A stretch of DNA of 64,000 nt from Histomonas meleagridis 2922-C6/04-290x. Taxonomy: Eukaryota; Protista; Parabasalia. The stretch spans positions 266,342 to 330,341 of the forward strand of contig JAANOX010000081.1 in assembly GCA_020184695.1 (NCBI GenBank), given 5' to 3'. The notes beneath the pieces are model-generated. The model was not told the DNA's origin and did no database searches. It was given only the letters and a program-made list of their open reading frames with translations. Of the stretch, positions 45,472-57,673 are shown in pieces (the first letter of the stretch is position 1; every line of letters starts with the position of its first letter). The position numbers and the translations under genes were made by a program.

Positions 45472-46146
45472 TTAATATACATTACATGCTTCCTTGTTAG
45501 TTTTCTTTTTTGGTTTCTTATCTTCTGCAACTTGCGCTTGCGCTTCCGCTTCTTCTTTCTTTTCCTTGGCTTCTCTTTCCTTGCGCTCTTTTATAATTTT
45601 TCCTGCTTCAAAAAAAGTTTCATTAACATTGATATTGGACTTTGCTGACATTTCAAATAGAGGAAGGTCGTACTTTGCTTTGAACTTTAAAACTTCATCT
45701 TGCGAAACAACTTTTTCTTGATCACATTTGTTCCCAATAAGAAAAACAGTTATATGACCATCACTATTTTTTATAATTGAATCCATCCAGTCACCTAACA
45801 TTTCAAAAGAAGATTTATTTGTATAGTCAAATATTAAAAAGATTCCATCTGCACCTCTTAAGAAAGCTTTTGTAATGGTGCGATATTGCTCTTGTCCAAG
45901 AGTATCCCATACTTGTAACTTGATTGGTTTTTCATCGATGACCATTCGTTTTATTTCGAAATATAAACCAGTATTGTGCATTATTTTTTCATAGGAATTT
46001 ACTCCAAAGTATGCTTTGAATATGTCATCTTTCCCGACAGAAGAATCTCCAACAAGCAAAATTTTTATTGTAAGTTCTGAAAAAGAGGGATTGTAATAGG
46101 TGGAACTTTCGGTGATTTGGCTGGAAAGATTTTTAGAATCGGACAT
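45472..46146 (-). CDS. Divergent Rab GTPase, copy 1, with N-terminus derived from an inserted fragment
   Basis: G1 GDSSVGKD, G3 WDTLGQE, G4 NKCD, G5 SAK, C-terminal ACNVY. First ATG is at 46146 (the track start at 46158 is TTG). Confidence 0.8.
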   Translation of the reverse strand: MSDSKNLSSQITESSTYYNPSFSELTIKILLVGDSSVGKDDIFKAYFGVNSYEKIMHNTGLYFEIKRMVIDEKPIKLQVWDTLGQEQYRTITKAFLRGADGIFLIFDYTNKSSFEMLGDWMDSIIKNSDGHITVFLIGNKCDQEKVVSQDEVLKFKAKYDLPLFEMSAKSNINVNETFFEAGKIIKERKEREAKEKKEEAEAQAQVAEDKKPKKKTNKEACNVY

Positions 46147-46221
46147 ATGGGATCCCAAGCTAAGATGGAGTATGCTGAAAAGCTTATCTCTGCACTAAAA
46201 GAAGTGATTAGAAAAGAATAA
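46081..46221 (+). pseudogene. 3'-terminal fragment of a class V aminotransferase (alanine-glyoxylate/serine-pyruvate aminotransferase-like)
   Basis: Translates as KRGIVIGGTFGDLAGKIFRIGHMGSQAKMEYAEKLISALKEVIRKE*. G..G.L.GK.FRIGHMG is the AGXT/SPT C-terminal motif. No upstream part of the gene is present. Confidence 0.75.
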
Positions 46222-47094
46222 ACAAAACTTTCATTGATCGGTTTACACAGAATTGTTATTTGAAAAGTGGTTGCGTGTAAAACATACAAACTTTAACGTG
46301 CGTTTAACGTTCATTTGACCATAGAATAGCACTTTTTGTAGCGTTTTTTGTGCTGCAAGCCAATTGATTGACCAATTATACACTCGAATTTTGTACTCAA
46401 AATTGAACAGGGTGGATATCCACAAAAAGGATGTTGGAAAATTAATTTCAAAGTAATCGTCAAAGAATAAACATTAATGCTGTTAATAATGATTTTTTCA
46501 AGATAATAAGTCATTTGTATCCAAAGTTAGGATGAAAAGTTCAAACAATTTTTTCTCAAGGTAAAATTGATTTCATACCAAAAAACTACAATTATGACAA
46601 CACCTAATGCACCTATAACAACGTATTTCATTTAAAAAAAATCACATAAAAATATGAATTTCTTACAAAATTGATTTTGATCATATACGTTAATTCTAAT
46701 ATTAAAATTTGTTAGAGAACCTCGATCCGGACACGTCCTCATAAAAATACAATTTATTGAAGGTTTATTACATAAAGGTAATAATACCCATCAATATTTC
46801 ACCAATTTGTGAAGTATAGGCTTAAGAATTTGATCAAACTTTTTAAAAAACACCAGAAATTATGCTTCTCAAAATATCACTTCTCCAATGTATTCATTAA
46901 TTTTCATAAATAAAAATGAGGTGACAAAAAAAACTGTTTGGAATATTTTTGGGTAAATCATTCGAAATAAGATTGTCAGTTTATTTTAAATTTTCCGAGA
47001 GAAAAAAGTGACAGTGTCATGAGTTTAGAACCCCATTCAACTTGAAATTTCAATGTAAACAAAATTTGAATCAAATTTGACTAATAAAATCCAA

Positions 47095-48823
47095 ATGATT
47101 TTTCTCTTTGCATGCATGTCCTTCTCCTTTCTAGAAGTCCTTGTCAATAAAAAGATTCATGTGACCGGATTTACGGTGTTAGAAATTTTTTTCCAAATAA
47201 GTTCGGAGGTAGAGTTTAAATATGTAGGAGTACTCAGTGGTGAACTTGTTTATGATGAATTAGATACATTTCCACTAATGATGATAGAGTACTTTTCAGT
47301 TTCTAAAAATGTTACTGCAAAGCCAGAAGATTTAGCAAACATTTTTACATATAGCATGTGGAATGTAATCAACATTTCTATAGGAATTTCATTGGAAACC
47401 ATTCCTAACATGAGGTTTGAATATTGTACACAATTAAAACATGTTTATTTTTCAAATATTTCTCGATTCGAAGCAAGAATGTTTTATAGATGCCCCAAAC
47501 TGATTTCAGTGGAAACTCCTACTTTAAGTTATGTTGGAGAGTATGCATTTCAAATGTCTATGAACCTTGAAACAATAATAATTCCAAATGTTATAATAAT
47601 ATCAGATTATGCTTTTCATAGTTGCGCGTTGTTGAAGGATGTTAATTTCCCTCATCTCAAACATTGTGGATATAGCGTCTTTGAGTATTGTCCAATCTCA
47701 TATGTAAATTTTCCAGAACTTGAGGAAGTTTCACCATACATGTTTTCTACATGTGAAAACATGAAAAGTGCTTATTTACCAAATGTTCTTTCGATTGGTG
47801 AATATGCTTTTTTGCGTTGTTTTGCCTTGGAGAATGTAACCGTTCCAAAAGTTGAGACAATTTCAAAGGGCATTCAATTATGATTACAGAATTACGAGTC
47901 TTGATTTACCTTCACTTACATATTCCGATGGTAATTTTATTGATGGGTGCTTCATATTAAAAATCATGTCGATGCCTAAGTTAAGTCGAATTTCAGATTA
48001 TATGTTTTCTAATTTAACTTTTATGCCTGAACTTTCCATTCCAAATGTAATATCTATTGGAAAATATGCATTTGAAAACGTTCAGTTTTATGATATTTTT
48101 GCGAATATTAAAATCAAAGAAATTGATGACTATGCCTTTGTAGGTACCAAAGTTTTGGGATCTTTTATGTTGTTTGAATATTGTGAATTTGTTGGAAATT
48201 ATGGATTTTATGGTACAACTGCGACTGTAGTATTACCAAATGTTAAATATTGTGGTAACTTTGCATTTAGTTATATTAGTAGTTTAACTCTTTATTTTCC
48301 TTTACTTGAAACTTGTGGCGATTATGCATTCTCATATAATAAAGGGCTAGAAAATATTACACTGCCGAAACTTGCAAAAGCTGGTGATTCACCGTTTGAA
48401 GGATGTTTTAATTTGAATGTCATTAATTTGCCAAATTTAATTAATGTAAGTAATTATTTCATATTCAATGTGAGGATAAGTAATTTTGAATTTTTGAATT
48501 TAAGATACATTGGATCAAATGCATTCACTAATGCATGCGATAAAGTTGAAACTGTTAATTTTCCAAGTGTTGAAGTTATTGGCGATTATTTCATGAAAAA
48601 TTGTTATAAAGTTACAAATATTTCATTACCAAAACTTGAAGAAATTGGTTCATACGCATTTTATAATTGTGTTAATTTGATTCATATTTCATTACCGAAA
48701 CTGAATCAAATTGGATCATACGCATTTTGTTATTGTAATTTAATTCAAAGTGTTTATTTACCAGAACTCGAAACATTAAATGAAAATTTTTTATGTAATT
48801 GTTATAATATTTCAAATGTTTAA
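47095..48823 (+). pseudogene. BspA-like (TpLRR) leucine-rich-repeat protein, frameshifted near 47870 and apparently 3'-truncated
   Basis: Many xxIGxxAFxxCxxLxxxxLP repeats in two overlapping ORFs (KVETISKG / AFNYDY). The ORF ends mid-repeat exactly at the Rab copy 2 junction. The frameshift could be a sequencing error. Confidence 0.75.
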
Positions 48824-49436
48824 TATACATTACATGCTTCCTTGTTAGTTTTCTTTTTTGGTTTCTTATCTTCCGAAACTTGCGCTTGCGCTTCCGCTTC
48901 TTCTTTCTTTTCCTTGGCTTCTCTTTCCTTGCGCTCTTTTATAACTTTTCCTGCTTCAAAAAAAGTTTCATTAACATTGATATTGGACTTTGCTGACATT
49001 TCAAATAGAGGAAGGTCGTACTTTGTTTGAACTTCAAAACTTCATCTTGCGAAACAACTTTTTCTTGATCACATTTGTTCCCAATAAGAAAAACAGTTAT
49101 ATGACCATCACTATTTTTTATAATTGAATCCATCCAGTCACCTAACATTTCAAAAGAAGATTTATTTGTATAGTCAAATATTAAAAAGATTCCATCTGCA
49201 CCTCTTAAGAAAGCTTTTGTAATGGTGCGATATTGCTCTTGTCCAAGAGTATCCCATACTTGTAACTTGATTGGTTTTTCATCGATGACCATTCGTTTCA
49301 CTTTGAAATCTAAACCAGCAGTAGACAAGAATTGTTCACAGGAATTTGCTCCAAAGTATGCTTTGAATATGTCATCTTTCCCTACAGAAGAATCACCAAC
49401 AAGCAAAATTTTTATTGTAAGTTCGAAGCTTTGCAT
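48820..49436 (-). pseudogene. Rab GTPase copy 2 with a 1-nt deletion near 49027
   Basis: Near-identical to 45472-46077. TACTTTGCTTTGAA in copy 1 reads TACTTTGTTTGAA here, shifting the C-terminal part out of frame. It keeps the native start MQSFELTIK. Confidence 0.8.
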
Positions 49437-50712
49437 CCAAGCAAGTTCAAGCCAACCGATTGACCAATTATATTCAGAATTGAACAGCCATACAATTTAT
49501 TGAAGGATCTGTATTCCACAATGGTATTTTTATATAACTCTAAAATATTAATAAACATAGAGATTAAACCCTATGTCACATGTTTTAAAGTGAATTCATT
49601 CTTCTGATTTTTGAATATTTTTATTTTTTGATTTCAAATATTTGCTTACAAAAAGTTATTGTACACAAAAAGTCAACTGAATAAAGTACTCAAATCCAGA
49701 TTTGAGATTGCAAATTTATTCATTTTTTCGAAATTATCAAAATATTGAAATATTATTATTATAGTTGAATATTTTTGCTCATTTATTATCAAATAATATC
49801 ATAGTCAAAATGGAATTGTTTTTATATATAATTTTAGACCATGTATAATATTTCTCATACAACATTATTTCGATTTGTTACATTAAATTCCACAATTGTC
49901 ATTTTAAAATTTGAAGTATCATATAATTTAATCGAACGCATATTTATACCATCGAATTTAATTATTGTATCTTCTAAAATTCAATTAAAATATTTGATTT
50001 ATGTAAAAATTACGAACACCTTTGCCAACAACCTCTGAAGATTATCATTTTAATCAATACAACAATCATGGTGTGTCATATATTTTATATGCTCCAACAG
50101 GTGATAATATAAAATCAGAACCACTCAATGGTGTTATAAGTGTGAGACAATTTCATTCAAAACGCTTTCACTTGACGGAGTTAAATCGTTAGAAGGCGAT
50201 GGGCATTTTTCGGATGCACTAATTTGGAGTTATTAAATATTTCAAATTTACTTATTGTTGATGAAAATTCAACGAATTTAATTATTGTATATTCTAAAAT
50301 TCAATTTCTTTTCAGTAATATATATTTTGTTATTATGTTTTATATTATATTTTATAAAGCGAATTATTTTTCATATCTTTTTTATTAGATTCTCTCTAAT
50401 ATACCAATTAAAGAAAATAATAAATTTAATATAACACAAAAATAACTTTAAAGATGCATAAGATTATTTATTTTTAATGACATCTGCTAAATGATATTTA
50501 CAGTGATGAAACTATATTTAATGTCTCTATATAATATGAATTAAATTTAGAAAGTATTCATCAGTATTTAAGCTACTGTTACCTTAATAATTTTAATTTC
50601 AATCACAAATAAACAAAATTTATAAGACAAATGCCTTCAAGCACATATGCATATGTAAAACTTCATACATATAAAACAACTTTATATGTCAAAAATTTGA
50701 ATTGAGTCTAAT

Positions 50713-51495
50713 TTATATAAGAAGCACAGAGTTAACGCATCCTTCGTTTTCAGGATTGTTTGTAACCTGTGCATACTTTGCCCATACGATTCTACCGTTC
50801 GGTGTGACCAAACCCATTTTGGACACATTGACTTCGATGATTGTACCTTTCGTGACAACACCAAGTCCTGTGTATGTAGAACCATTCGGATTCTTCTTAA
50901 CGGAGATAATTGGACAAAGGAATGTTTGGCCAAGCTGTGGATGTGTAACATTTGCATTTTTGATACGTAATGCAACTGGTCGAACATATCTTTCAAGTTT
51001 GGGTGGCTTTCGAGTGAAATCTTCACCAACAAATGTGAACTTGTTGACAAGACGCTTCCATTTCTTCCTCTTTGTCTTACCTGTTTTAAGAACTCTAAGC
51101 ATTTCATCTTCTGCAATTGGCCTAACTCGTGGAAGTGGTACATCCCACTTTCCAGCCCTTTGCTTTCTCTTCTGTTTCAATGAGTTTGAAAGAACATCAG
51201 CTGTTCTAGTAACTGTTTGATCCATAAGATAAACTGGAACTGGTTCATCACCAACAGCTGAACGAGTTTGATCTGCAGCTTTGGACTTCTCAAATGTATT
51301 GATGGTTTTCTTCATTTCTGCCTTTTGTTTATATCTATCTTTAGCAAAGATCTTGGCTTTAATACCACGAAGAACTTTGGCTTGTTTAGCTATTCTTCTT
51401 CCTTCCTTTGCCTTTTTCTTTCTTTCTTTTTCTTCATGATCCAAACGCTTTCCAAAGCGCTTACGCCAAAGCTCCATGTACTCGTGTTGAGGCAT
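50713..51495 (-). CDS. NSA2: Ribosome biogenesis protein Nsa2
   Basis: MPQHEYMELWRKRFGKRLDHEE...WKRLVNKFTFVGEDFTRKPPKLERYVRP...VTKGTIIEVNVS..G.V...G..VWAKYAQVTNNPENEGCVN; 260 aa. Confidence 0.96.
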   Translation of the reverse strand: MPQHEYMELWRKRFGKRLDHEEKERKKKAKEGRRIAKQAKVLRGIKAKIFAKDRYKQKAEMKKTINTFEKSKAADQTRSAVGDEPVPVYLMDQTVTRTADVLSNSLKQKRKQRAGKWDVPLPRVRPIAEDEMLRVLKTGKTKRKKWKRLVNKFTFVGEDFTRKPPKLERYVRPVALRIKNANVTHPQLGQTFLCPIISVKKNPNGSTYTGLGVVTKGTIIEVNVSKMGLVTPNGRIVWAKYAQVTNNPENEGCVNSVLLI

Positions 51496-51936
51496 TTGAA
51501 CGACCAAATCTTTAGGGGTGCCCCATTTGAGCAAGGTTCGGCCAAAAGAAGATGTGCATAAAATATAAAGAAATAATTAAAAAAGAAAATGGATAATATC
51601 ACTATTCGTAATTTTGAAATAGAAAGTTAAAGAATTAAAGAGGGGAACAGAAATGAATATATCTGGAATTAACTTAAAAAAATAAACCACCGCTCCTTTT
51701 ATAAACTCAAAGATAAATGAGGTTGATGTATCTTAAAAAAATAGAATTATAATTTAAAATAAAAATATGGATAAATTATTAAAAATAAAGATAAATGAAT
51801 AACATATTAATTCATTCTAAAATAAATAAAGAATTTTGGTAATGATGAAAGAATAACTAAATTGATTGTTTTTTTGTTGGAATGCATGATTTATTTTTAT
51901 TTGTAATTTAACTATCTCTGTTCGACTTATTAATTG

Positions 51937-53121
51937 ATGACAACAATCGAAAATGTTCCTCATGATGATGAAGCTGACGAAAAAACTCTCAAACAATATG
52001 AAAGGATGAAAGAACTTGAGCGAGAGCTTAAACTTCTTGGCATTAAAGAAGAATACATTAAAGATGAACTTCGATATCTCAGACGAGAACTTGTTCGTGC
52101 GCAGGATGAAGTTAAAAGTATCCAATCTGTTCCTCTCCTTGTAGGCAACTTTACAGAAATGATCGATCCCAATTATGCAGTAATTGATTGTGGAACCCCT
52201 TCACTTGTTCGTGTCATGCGTACAATTGATCGTCACCTTCTCAAACCAAATACATCTGTGGCTCTTCACAAACACTCACAAGCTTTAGTCGATGTATTAC
52301 CACCAGAAGGAACAACCTCAGTTCAAATAGTATCCGACCCTCCTAACATCAGTTATGCCGACATTGGTGGTCTTGATATGCAAAAACAAGAAATACGAGA
52401 AGCAGTTGAACTTCCTTTAACACATCGTGATTTATACCAACAAATTGGAATTGATCCTCCTCGTGGTGTTCTTTTGTATGGTCCACCTGGAACAGGCAAA
52501 ACCATGTTAGCCAAAGCTGTCGCTCATCATACATCTGCATCATTTATTGCAGTAGTTGGAAGTGAATTTGTACAAAAATATCTTGGTGAAGGTCCTCGTA
52601 TGGTACGTGACACATTTAGGCTTGCACGAGAGCATGCGCCATCCATTCTATTTATTGATGAAGTTGATTCTATCGCAACTAAACGATTTGATGCAGAACA
52701 TGGAAGTGACAGAGAAGTGCAACGTATCCTCATGGAGTTGTTGGCTCAAATGGACGGCTTCGACCAAACGACAAACGTCAAAGTCATCATGGCGACTAAC
52801 CGTGCCGATACGCTCGATCCGGCACTTTTGCGCCCTGGAAGACTTGACCGAAAAATCGAATTTCCTCTTCCTGATAGGCGTCAGAAGCGATTAATTTTCC
52901 AGGTTATTACTAGCAAAATGAATTTAAGCCCTGACGTCGATCTGGAAGATTATGTATCAAGACCAGATAAAATAAGCGGTGCAGATATTTCCTCTATTTG
53001 TATGGAGGCAGGAATGAACGCCGTAAGAAGAAATAGATACGTCGTTCTACCAAAGGACTTCGAAAAGGCTTACGAAAAGACCGTTAAGAAACCGGATGTT
53101 GTAATGTCATGTTACACATGA
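51937..53121 (+). CDS. RPT3: 26S proteasome AAA-ATPase subunit Rpt3 (6B/PSMC4)
   Basis: Motifs [64 protein letters not shown]. Confidence 0.95.
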   Translation: MTTIENVPHDDEADEKTLKQYERMKELERELKLLGIKEEYIKDELRYLRRELVRAQDEVKSIQSVPLLVGNFTEMIDPNYAVIDCGTPSLVRVMRTIDRHLLKPNTSVALHKHSQALVDVLPPEGTTSVQIVSDPPNISYADIGGLDMQKQEIREAVELPLTHRDLYQQIGIDPPRGVLLYGPPGTGKTMLAKAVAHHTSASFIAVVGSEFVQKYLGEGPRMVRDTFRLAREHAPSILFIDEVDSIATKRFDAEHGSDREVQRILMELLAQMDGFDQTTNVKVIMATNRADTLDPALLRPGRLDRKIEFPLPDRRQKRLIFQVITSKMNLSPDVDLEDYVSRPDKISGADISSICMEAGMNAVRRNRYVVLPKDFEKAYEKTVKKPDVVMSCYT

Positions 53122-53709
53122 GTAAACATTTTATATTATATACATTTGGGATATAAGTGATCAAAATGTTGTTGAATGCTGAATTTAGTTATTACATATG
53201 AATAAAATATTAACACATTTCAAAGAAGCAATATGAAATATAAAAATAAATATTATTTTATTAGAAAAAGGAGGCAATAACAGAATGTTTTGAATAAGGC
53301 TTACAAATGAAATTTCAAGAATGATTTAATTAAAGAATAAAAATGTCAACTTTTTTAAAAATCAAAGTGTTTAAGGTTTCTTCATATATAATCATTTTTT
53401 AATCTGGATTTTTAAAATCTCTAATCCTTGATAACATTCATGAGTTTGATGATAAAATATAAATTTAGCTTCTGTTACAAAAAAAAACATAAAATATTTT
53501 TGGATGATTTGGAACCTATGTAAAGTATTTAATTAAAGACATTTTGAATGTTTTTTGATCGTTGATATTTATCTGTAACCCATTTAAAAGATTAAAACGA
53601 CAGAAAAATGTTATTGAAAAAGTGACAAGCCGCGTTAATTGAATGCATAACGTCACTTTTCAGTTCCACGTTATTTAAATGCATTTCGGCGGTTTGAGCT
53701 CAAAACAAA

Positions 53710-56289
53710 ATGCAAGCCTTCGCAAATGTCAATGAGGTCTTCCAGAATCAAGATCTCCAAAATCTTGTAGGCACTGCATTCAGCTCCGGTCAATTCCAAG
53801 CAGCCTCTGCTGCATTTGACCAAGCATTTACATCTGTCAAAGAGGCATGTAAAGTTGCTTTCGACTTTATCAAATTCGATATTTTCACAAACTTCTTCCA
53901 GCAAATTGGCCTTTGGCTTAATAGCCTTGGGTTCCCACAATTTTTCGAAAATGTATTTCAAAAGGTCATGTCTTTTGTTTCACTTCTTTGGGCATACATA
54001 TCATCTATCACAGAACTTCAAATGTTTTATATATGGGGTATTCTTTCTACTTTATTATTTACAATTTGGCTTATTCAAAAGAAATTTGATCCAGAAATCG
54101 AAATCAAAGGTCCCAACACTTTTGGTTGGCAACAGCGAGGTACTATTTGGTGTCTTTGGACTCGTGGTATTGTTACTTGTCTTACGTTTTTATATCTTCC
54201 AGCAATGACATCAGCCTTCAATGTTCTTCTTTGTTCAAAGAATCTTATGGTTCCATATGAACTTACATGTTACGAAGGAATTCATTGGGCTCACATGGCT
54301 GCAGCGTTTTTCTTATTCATTTACATTGGAATTGTTTTACCAGGTATTATCTATCAAACCATCAACAAGTACCAACCCAAGCCACAAATGTTTGATGAAA
54401 GTGGGGAACCGATTGATATTGAATTTCATCGTGAAGAATTTCTCACTTTATATCGTCAACTTTTAAATCGCGATAAGTGTCCATATAATTTCCTTTACTG
54501 TGGTTATGAATATGGGAAGTCTGCCTATAAAGTTGTCACATTAGTTGTCAAGATGTTATTAGTCATACCCGTTAACCCACTTATCAACAGTGAAATCACT
54601 TCTGTATCAATCTCGCTTGTTATCGTTGCTGTTTATGCCCTTATGTCCACGATATCGAAACCGTTTATTCTTGATCAAGATGATTGGATTGATATATGTG
54701 CGCGTGTTACAGCAGTCTTAACACTTATATTACAAATCTTAGTTGTCTGCAAAGTTGTTAGTGAAGATATCTCATCGATTGTATTAGTTGTCCTTAATAT
54801 TGTTAACATTGTAGTCATGATTTTAATCTTTGTTGGCAATATGGACATAGTTAAAAACTTCTTCCGTCGTCATTTCGGCGAATTAAAGTTCTCACGTGGA
54901 AGAATCTATGATTTCCATACTGAACGTAAGCGAAGAATCTGGCAACGCTTTTGGAGAGGCTTACTGAATACATATGGCTCGTTGCAACCAGTCAACAAGC
55001 GCCTTCAAGAGATGGAAGATGTCGTTATGTACGAAGGACGTGATGCGTATAAGAACGCGTTGTATCCAGCGTCACCAGACATAGCACAAGCGCGACGATT
55101 TGCACGTGAAATCGAAGGCGTTGATGTGTATTATGAATCTGATTCCGAGAACTTCTTCTGGGGACGAATGTACATTAATCCATTCCCATTCAAATGTTAT
55201 GTAATTTCGGATGAAACAGATGAAAGTGTTAAAATCGATGACTCGACAATTGTTGAGTTTGTTAAAATGAACCAACGTAAAGAGATACAAAACAGTCGAT
55301 GGATGCGTCAAGCTTTACGTGTATTATCTGGAAAGAGAGTTAAGTATCAATATAGTGAAACCAGAAGAATGCGTCATGGATGTCTAAGTGAAGAAGTTAT
55401 CGTTAATTATGAATACGGTACACTTTACGTAAAGACGAAGGCAAACGATCCGTTCTGTCATGGATTTAAGGTCACAATTGAATACGACGATGGCACCGCG
55501 ACTTTTTCAGATGGTTACACCAAAGGTGGCATCAAGACCGTTATTGGGCATAAAGAAATTGGAATTAATGAAAGGTTTACGCCGACGCCAGAAATCACAC
55601 GACTATTGAAAGAACCAGAGAATGTCACATTTTATAGTGGGGAATATTGGGAAGATTTCATTCAACGATGTAAGTTTTATCGTGACGATTTAGAAGAAGA
55701 ACGACAAGAGCATGAAAACATAGCATCATGGGGATTTTGGGAATTAGTGTTTGATAATGATTATATTCCATTAAATGAACTTAAGGAATACTTAAATAAG
55801 TTCGAACCAAATCCAGAACTTAAGAACGTGCCAACTCTTTATGAAGATGAATTTAATGCATTGTTCTCGCGACTTAAATATTTCGATTCACATCCAGCAG
55901 TACAACATTGGTATTGTTGGTTCGATGACATCGCTGTAAAGAATAGTGTGCTAAAGAAGATAGAGCAGCACCCAGACTTGTTCGACTTGTCGAACGCTTC
56001 TTGTTTGGCGTACCACCCAATGCCTATCAACGAACTGAAGGAAATTTTGGAAAGAAATGGACTGAGGACAAAGAGAGGCACAGGACTGTTCAACAACAAG
56101 CTGCTGAACGAGTTCGAGGATAGATTGAACAAGTTGGGCGTCCAGTCATACGACATGAAGCAGCCGTCGTACGTAAAGCCTCCGCAAAACATCGAAATGT
56201 TCGACCCAAGATGCACATCGACGCCTTTGATAACAGAAAATTGTACTTTTATCGCAACTGCTGCTATGAACGCTTGGTCAAGTCTTTGA
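53710..56289 (+). CDS. Hypothetical multi-pass membrane protein with large cytosolic C-terminal domain
   Basis: 859-aa ORF with several hydrophobic helices between about aa 95 and 380. No recognised family. Confidence 0.8.
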   Translation: MQAFANVNEVFQNQDLQNLVGTAFSSGQFQAASAAFDQAFTSVKEACKVAFDFIKFDIFTNFFQQIGLWLNSLGFPQFFENVFQKVMSFVSLLWAYISSITELQMFYIWGILSTLLFTIWLIQKKFDPEIEIKGPNTFGWQQRGTIWCLWTRGIVTCLTFLYLPAMTSAFNVLLCSKNLMVPYELTCYEGIHWAHMAAAFFLFIYIGIVLPGIIYQTINKYQPKPQMFDESGEPIDIEFHREEFLTLYRQLLNRDKCPYNFLYCGYEYGKSAYKVVTLVVKMLLVIPVNPLINSEITSVSISLVIVAVYALMSTISKPFILDQDDWIDICARVTAVLTLILQILVVCKVVSEDISSIVLVVLNIVNIVVMILIFVGNMDIVKNFFRRHFGELKFSRGRIYDFHTERKRRIWQRFWRGLLNTYGSLQPVNKRLQEMEDVVMYEGRDAYKNALYPASPDIAQARRFAREIEGVDVYYESDSENFFWGRMYINPFPFKCYVISDETDESVKIDDSTIVEFVKMNQRKEIQNSRWMRQALRVLSGKRVKYQYSETRRMRHGCLSEEVIVNYEYGTLYVKTKANDPFCHGFKVTIEYDDGTATFSDGYTKGGIKTVIGHKEIGINERFTPTPEITRLLKEPENVTFYSGEYWEDFIQRCKFYRDDLEEERQEHENIASWGFWELVFDNDYIPLNELKEYLNKFEPNPELKNVPTLYEDEFNALFSRLKYFDSHPAVQHWYCWFDDIAVKNSVLKKIEQHPDLFDLSNASCLAYHPMPINELKEILERNGLRTKRGTGLFNNKLLNEFEDRLNKLGVQSYDMKQPSYVKPPQNIEMFDPRCTSTPLITENCTFIATAAMNAWSSL

Positions 56290-56646
56290 AAGTAAAGTTT
56301 AGGTTTAATATTAATACATTTGTAATGTGAAATAAAAATGTGTCATTAATTCGACTTTTTGATAACGATTACAATTAAAACCGATCAAAAGTGCTGCAAC
56401 TTTTTTAGCTTCGGTTTATTATGTAATCAATGTACATAACCTTTAGAAGAAGGGAAGAAAACTAATGTTAAAGGGATTTATTTGTTTTATTACGATATTA
56501 TTACGTACAATTAAAACTTATGAAAATTATTTGCATGGAAATAAGAATAAACTGTTGCGATTTTTTGAATATATAAAAATGTCATACTATGTAAATTATT
56601 CAAAAAGTCAAATTAATATGGTTTTGGCCAACCCCCTGAGCAATTT

Positions 56647-57279
56647 ATGGAAGAAGGACTCCTGAACCAATGCATATCAATTACAAAAGAAATTAAAAGC
56701 CACCCCCTTTCAGTGCTTTTTAGAGAAGAATACAAAGCTGACAAAAAAGCAATGAAAGATTACTTATCAGTGATCAAATATCCAATGGATTTAACAACAA
56801 TATTAGAAAACCTGGAGAAAAGGAACTATCAAAATTTTGAAAGTTGGGCGGATGATATGGATCTTATTTTTGAAAATGCAATCACATATAACTTAGAAGA
56901 TTCTTTTATCGGAGGAATTGCTATTTACTTACGAAAGAAAGTTCAAAAGAAAATATTCCAATTAAGGCTTCGAAATCCAAAAATATTCGAAACTCTGCTT
57001 TCCAAAATTTTAGGGAAAATTAAAAAAATAATAGAAAATCCACCTCAGAATTTGAGTAATCATACGATTGAGTTTCCAGAGGTCCCTGAGATTGACAAAA
57101 GCAAGATTGATAACTTGGTTGAATTATTAAATAAATTAGTGAACCAAGGAAAAACAGATAAAATCCTTGAAATTATGAATGCCAACGGTCTTAGTGTCGA
57201 TACAGAATCAAAAGATGCTATAAACATTGATGTAAACGATCTTAACTTCAAAACTATTAACAAATTAATGACATTGTAA
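56647..57279 (+). CDS. Bromodomain protein
   Basis: HPLS..F, DYLSVIKYPMDLTTI..NL....Y.....W.DDMDLIFENAITYN. Confidence 0.92.
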   Translation: MEEGLLNQCISITKEIKSHPLSVLFREEYKADKKAMKDYLSVIKYPMDLTTILENLEKRNYQNFESWADDMDLIFENAITYNLEDSFIGGIAIYLRKKVQKKIFQLRLRNPKIFETLLSKILGKIKKIIENPPQNLSNHTIEFPEVPEIDKSKIDNLVELLNKLVNQGKTDKILEIMNANGLSVDTESKDAINIDVNDLNFKTINKLMTL

Positions 57280-57673
57280 AAAATTTTTGTAATCATTTTT
57301 TCTTCAAATAATTTAAAATTAAAATAGCATAAGATAGTTGTCTGGGAATATTCGAAATCAGATGTACATGTACAAACTTATGCCCAAAGATTAAATTTGA
57401 ATATATATTTAAGTAATTCAACAATATCTGCAAAAACACAAGTTTATAAACTTTGAGGATTTAGAAACATATAGCAAATAAGATAACCAAAGAATGAGTT
57501 AAAACAGGGTAAAGAGTCATACCTGAACAACACCAACCAAGCAGAACACTCAGGAGTGTCCTTTTTTGTAGACTATTCAAATATTTTACCAACACCCTTA
57601 GAAAAAGTTATCTGGGTGTAGTTATTTGAATGACAAATGACAGTTTGAACTTTTAACGAACACTTTTTTTCTG

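Noticed and set aside
46144-46158. MGSHM / GGATCC-CATATG resembling a cloning-vector linker
   Set aside because: The track's start is TTG, and the bases are the antisense of the aminotransferase motif GHMGS (CAT ATG GGA TCC). Coincidental.
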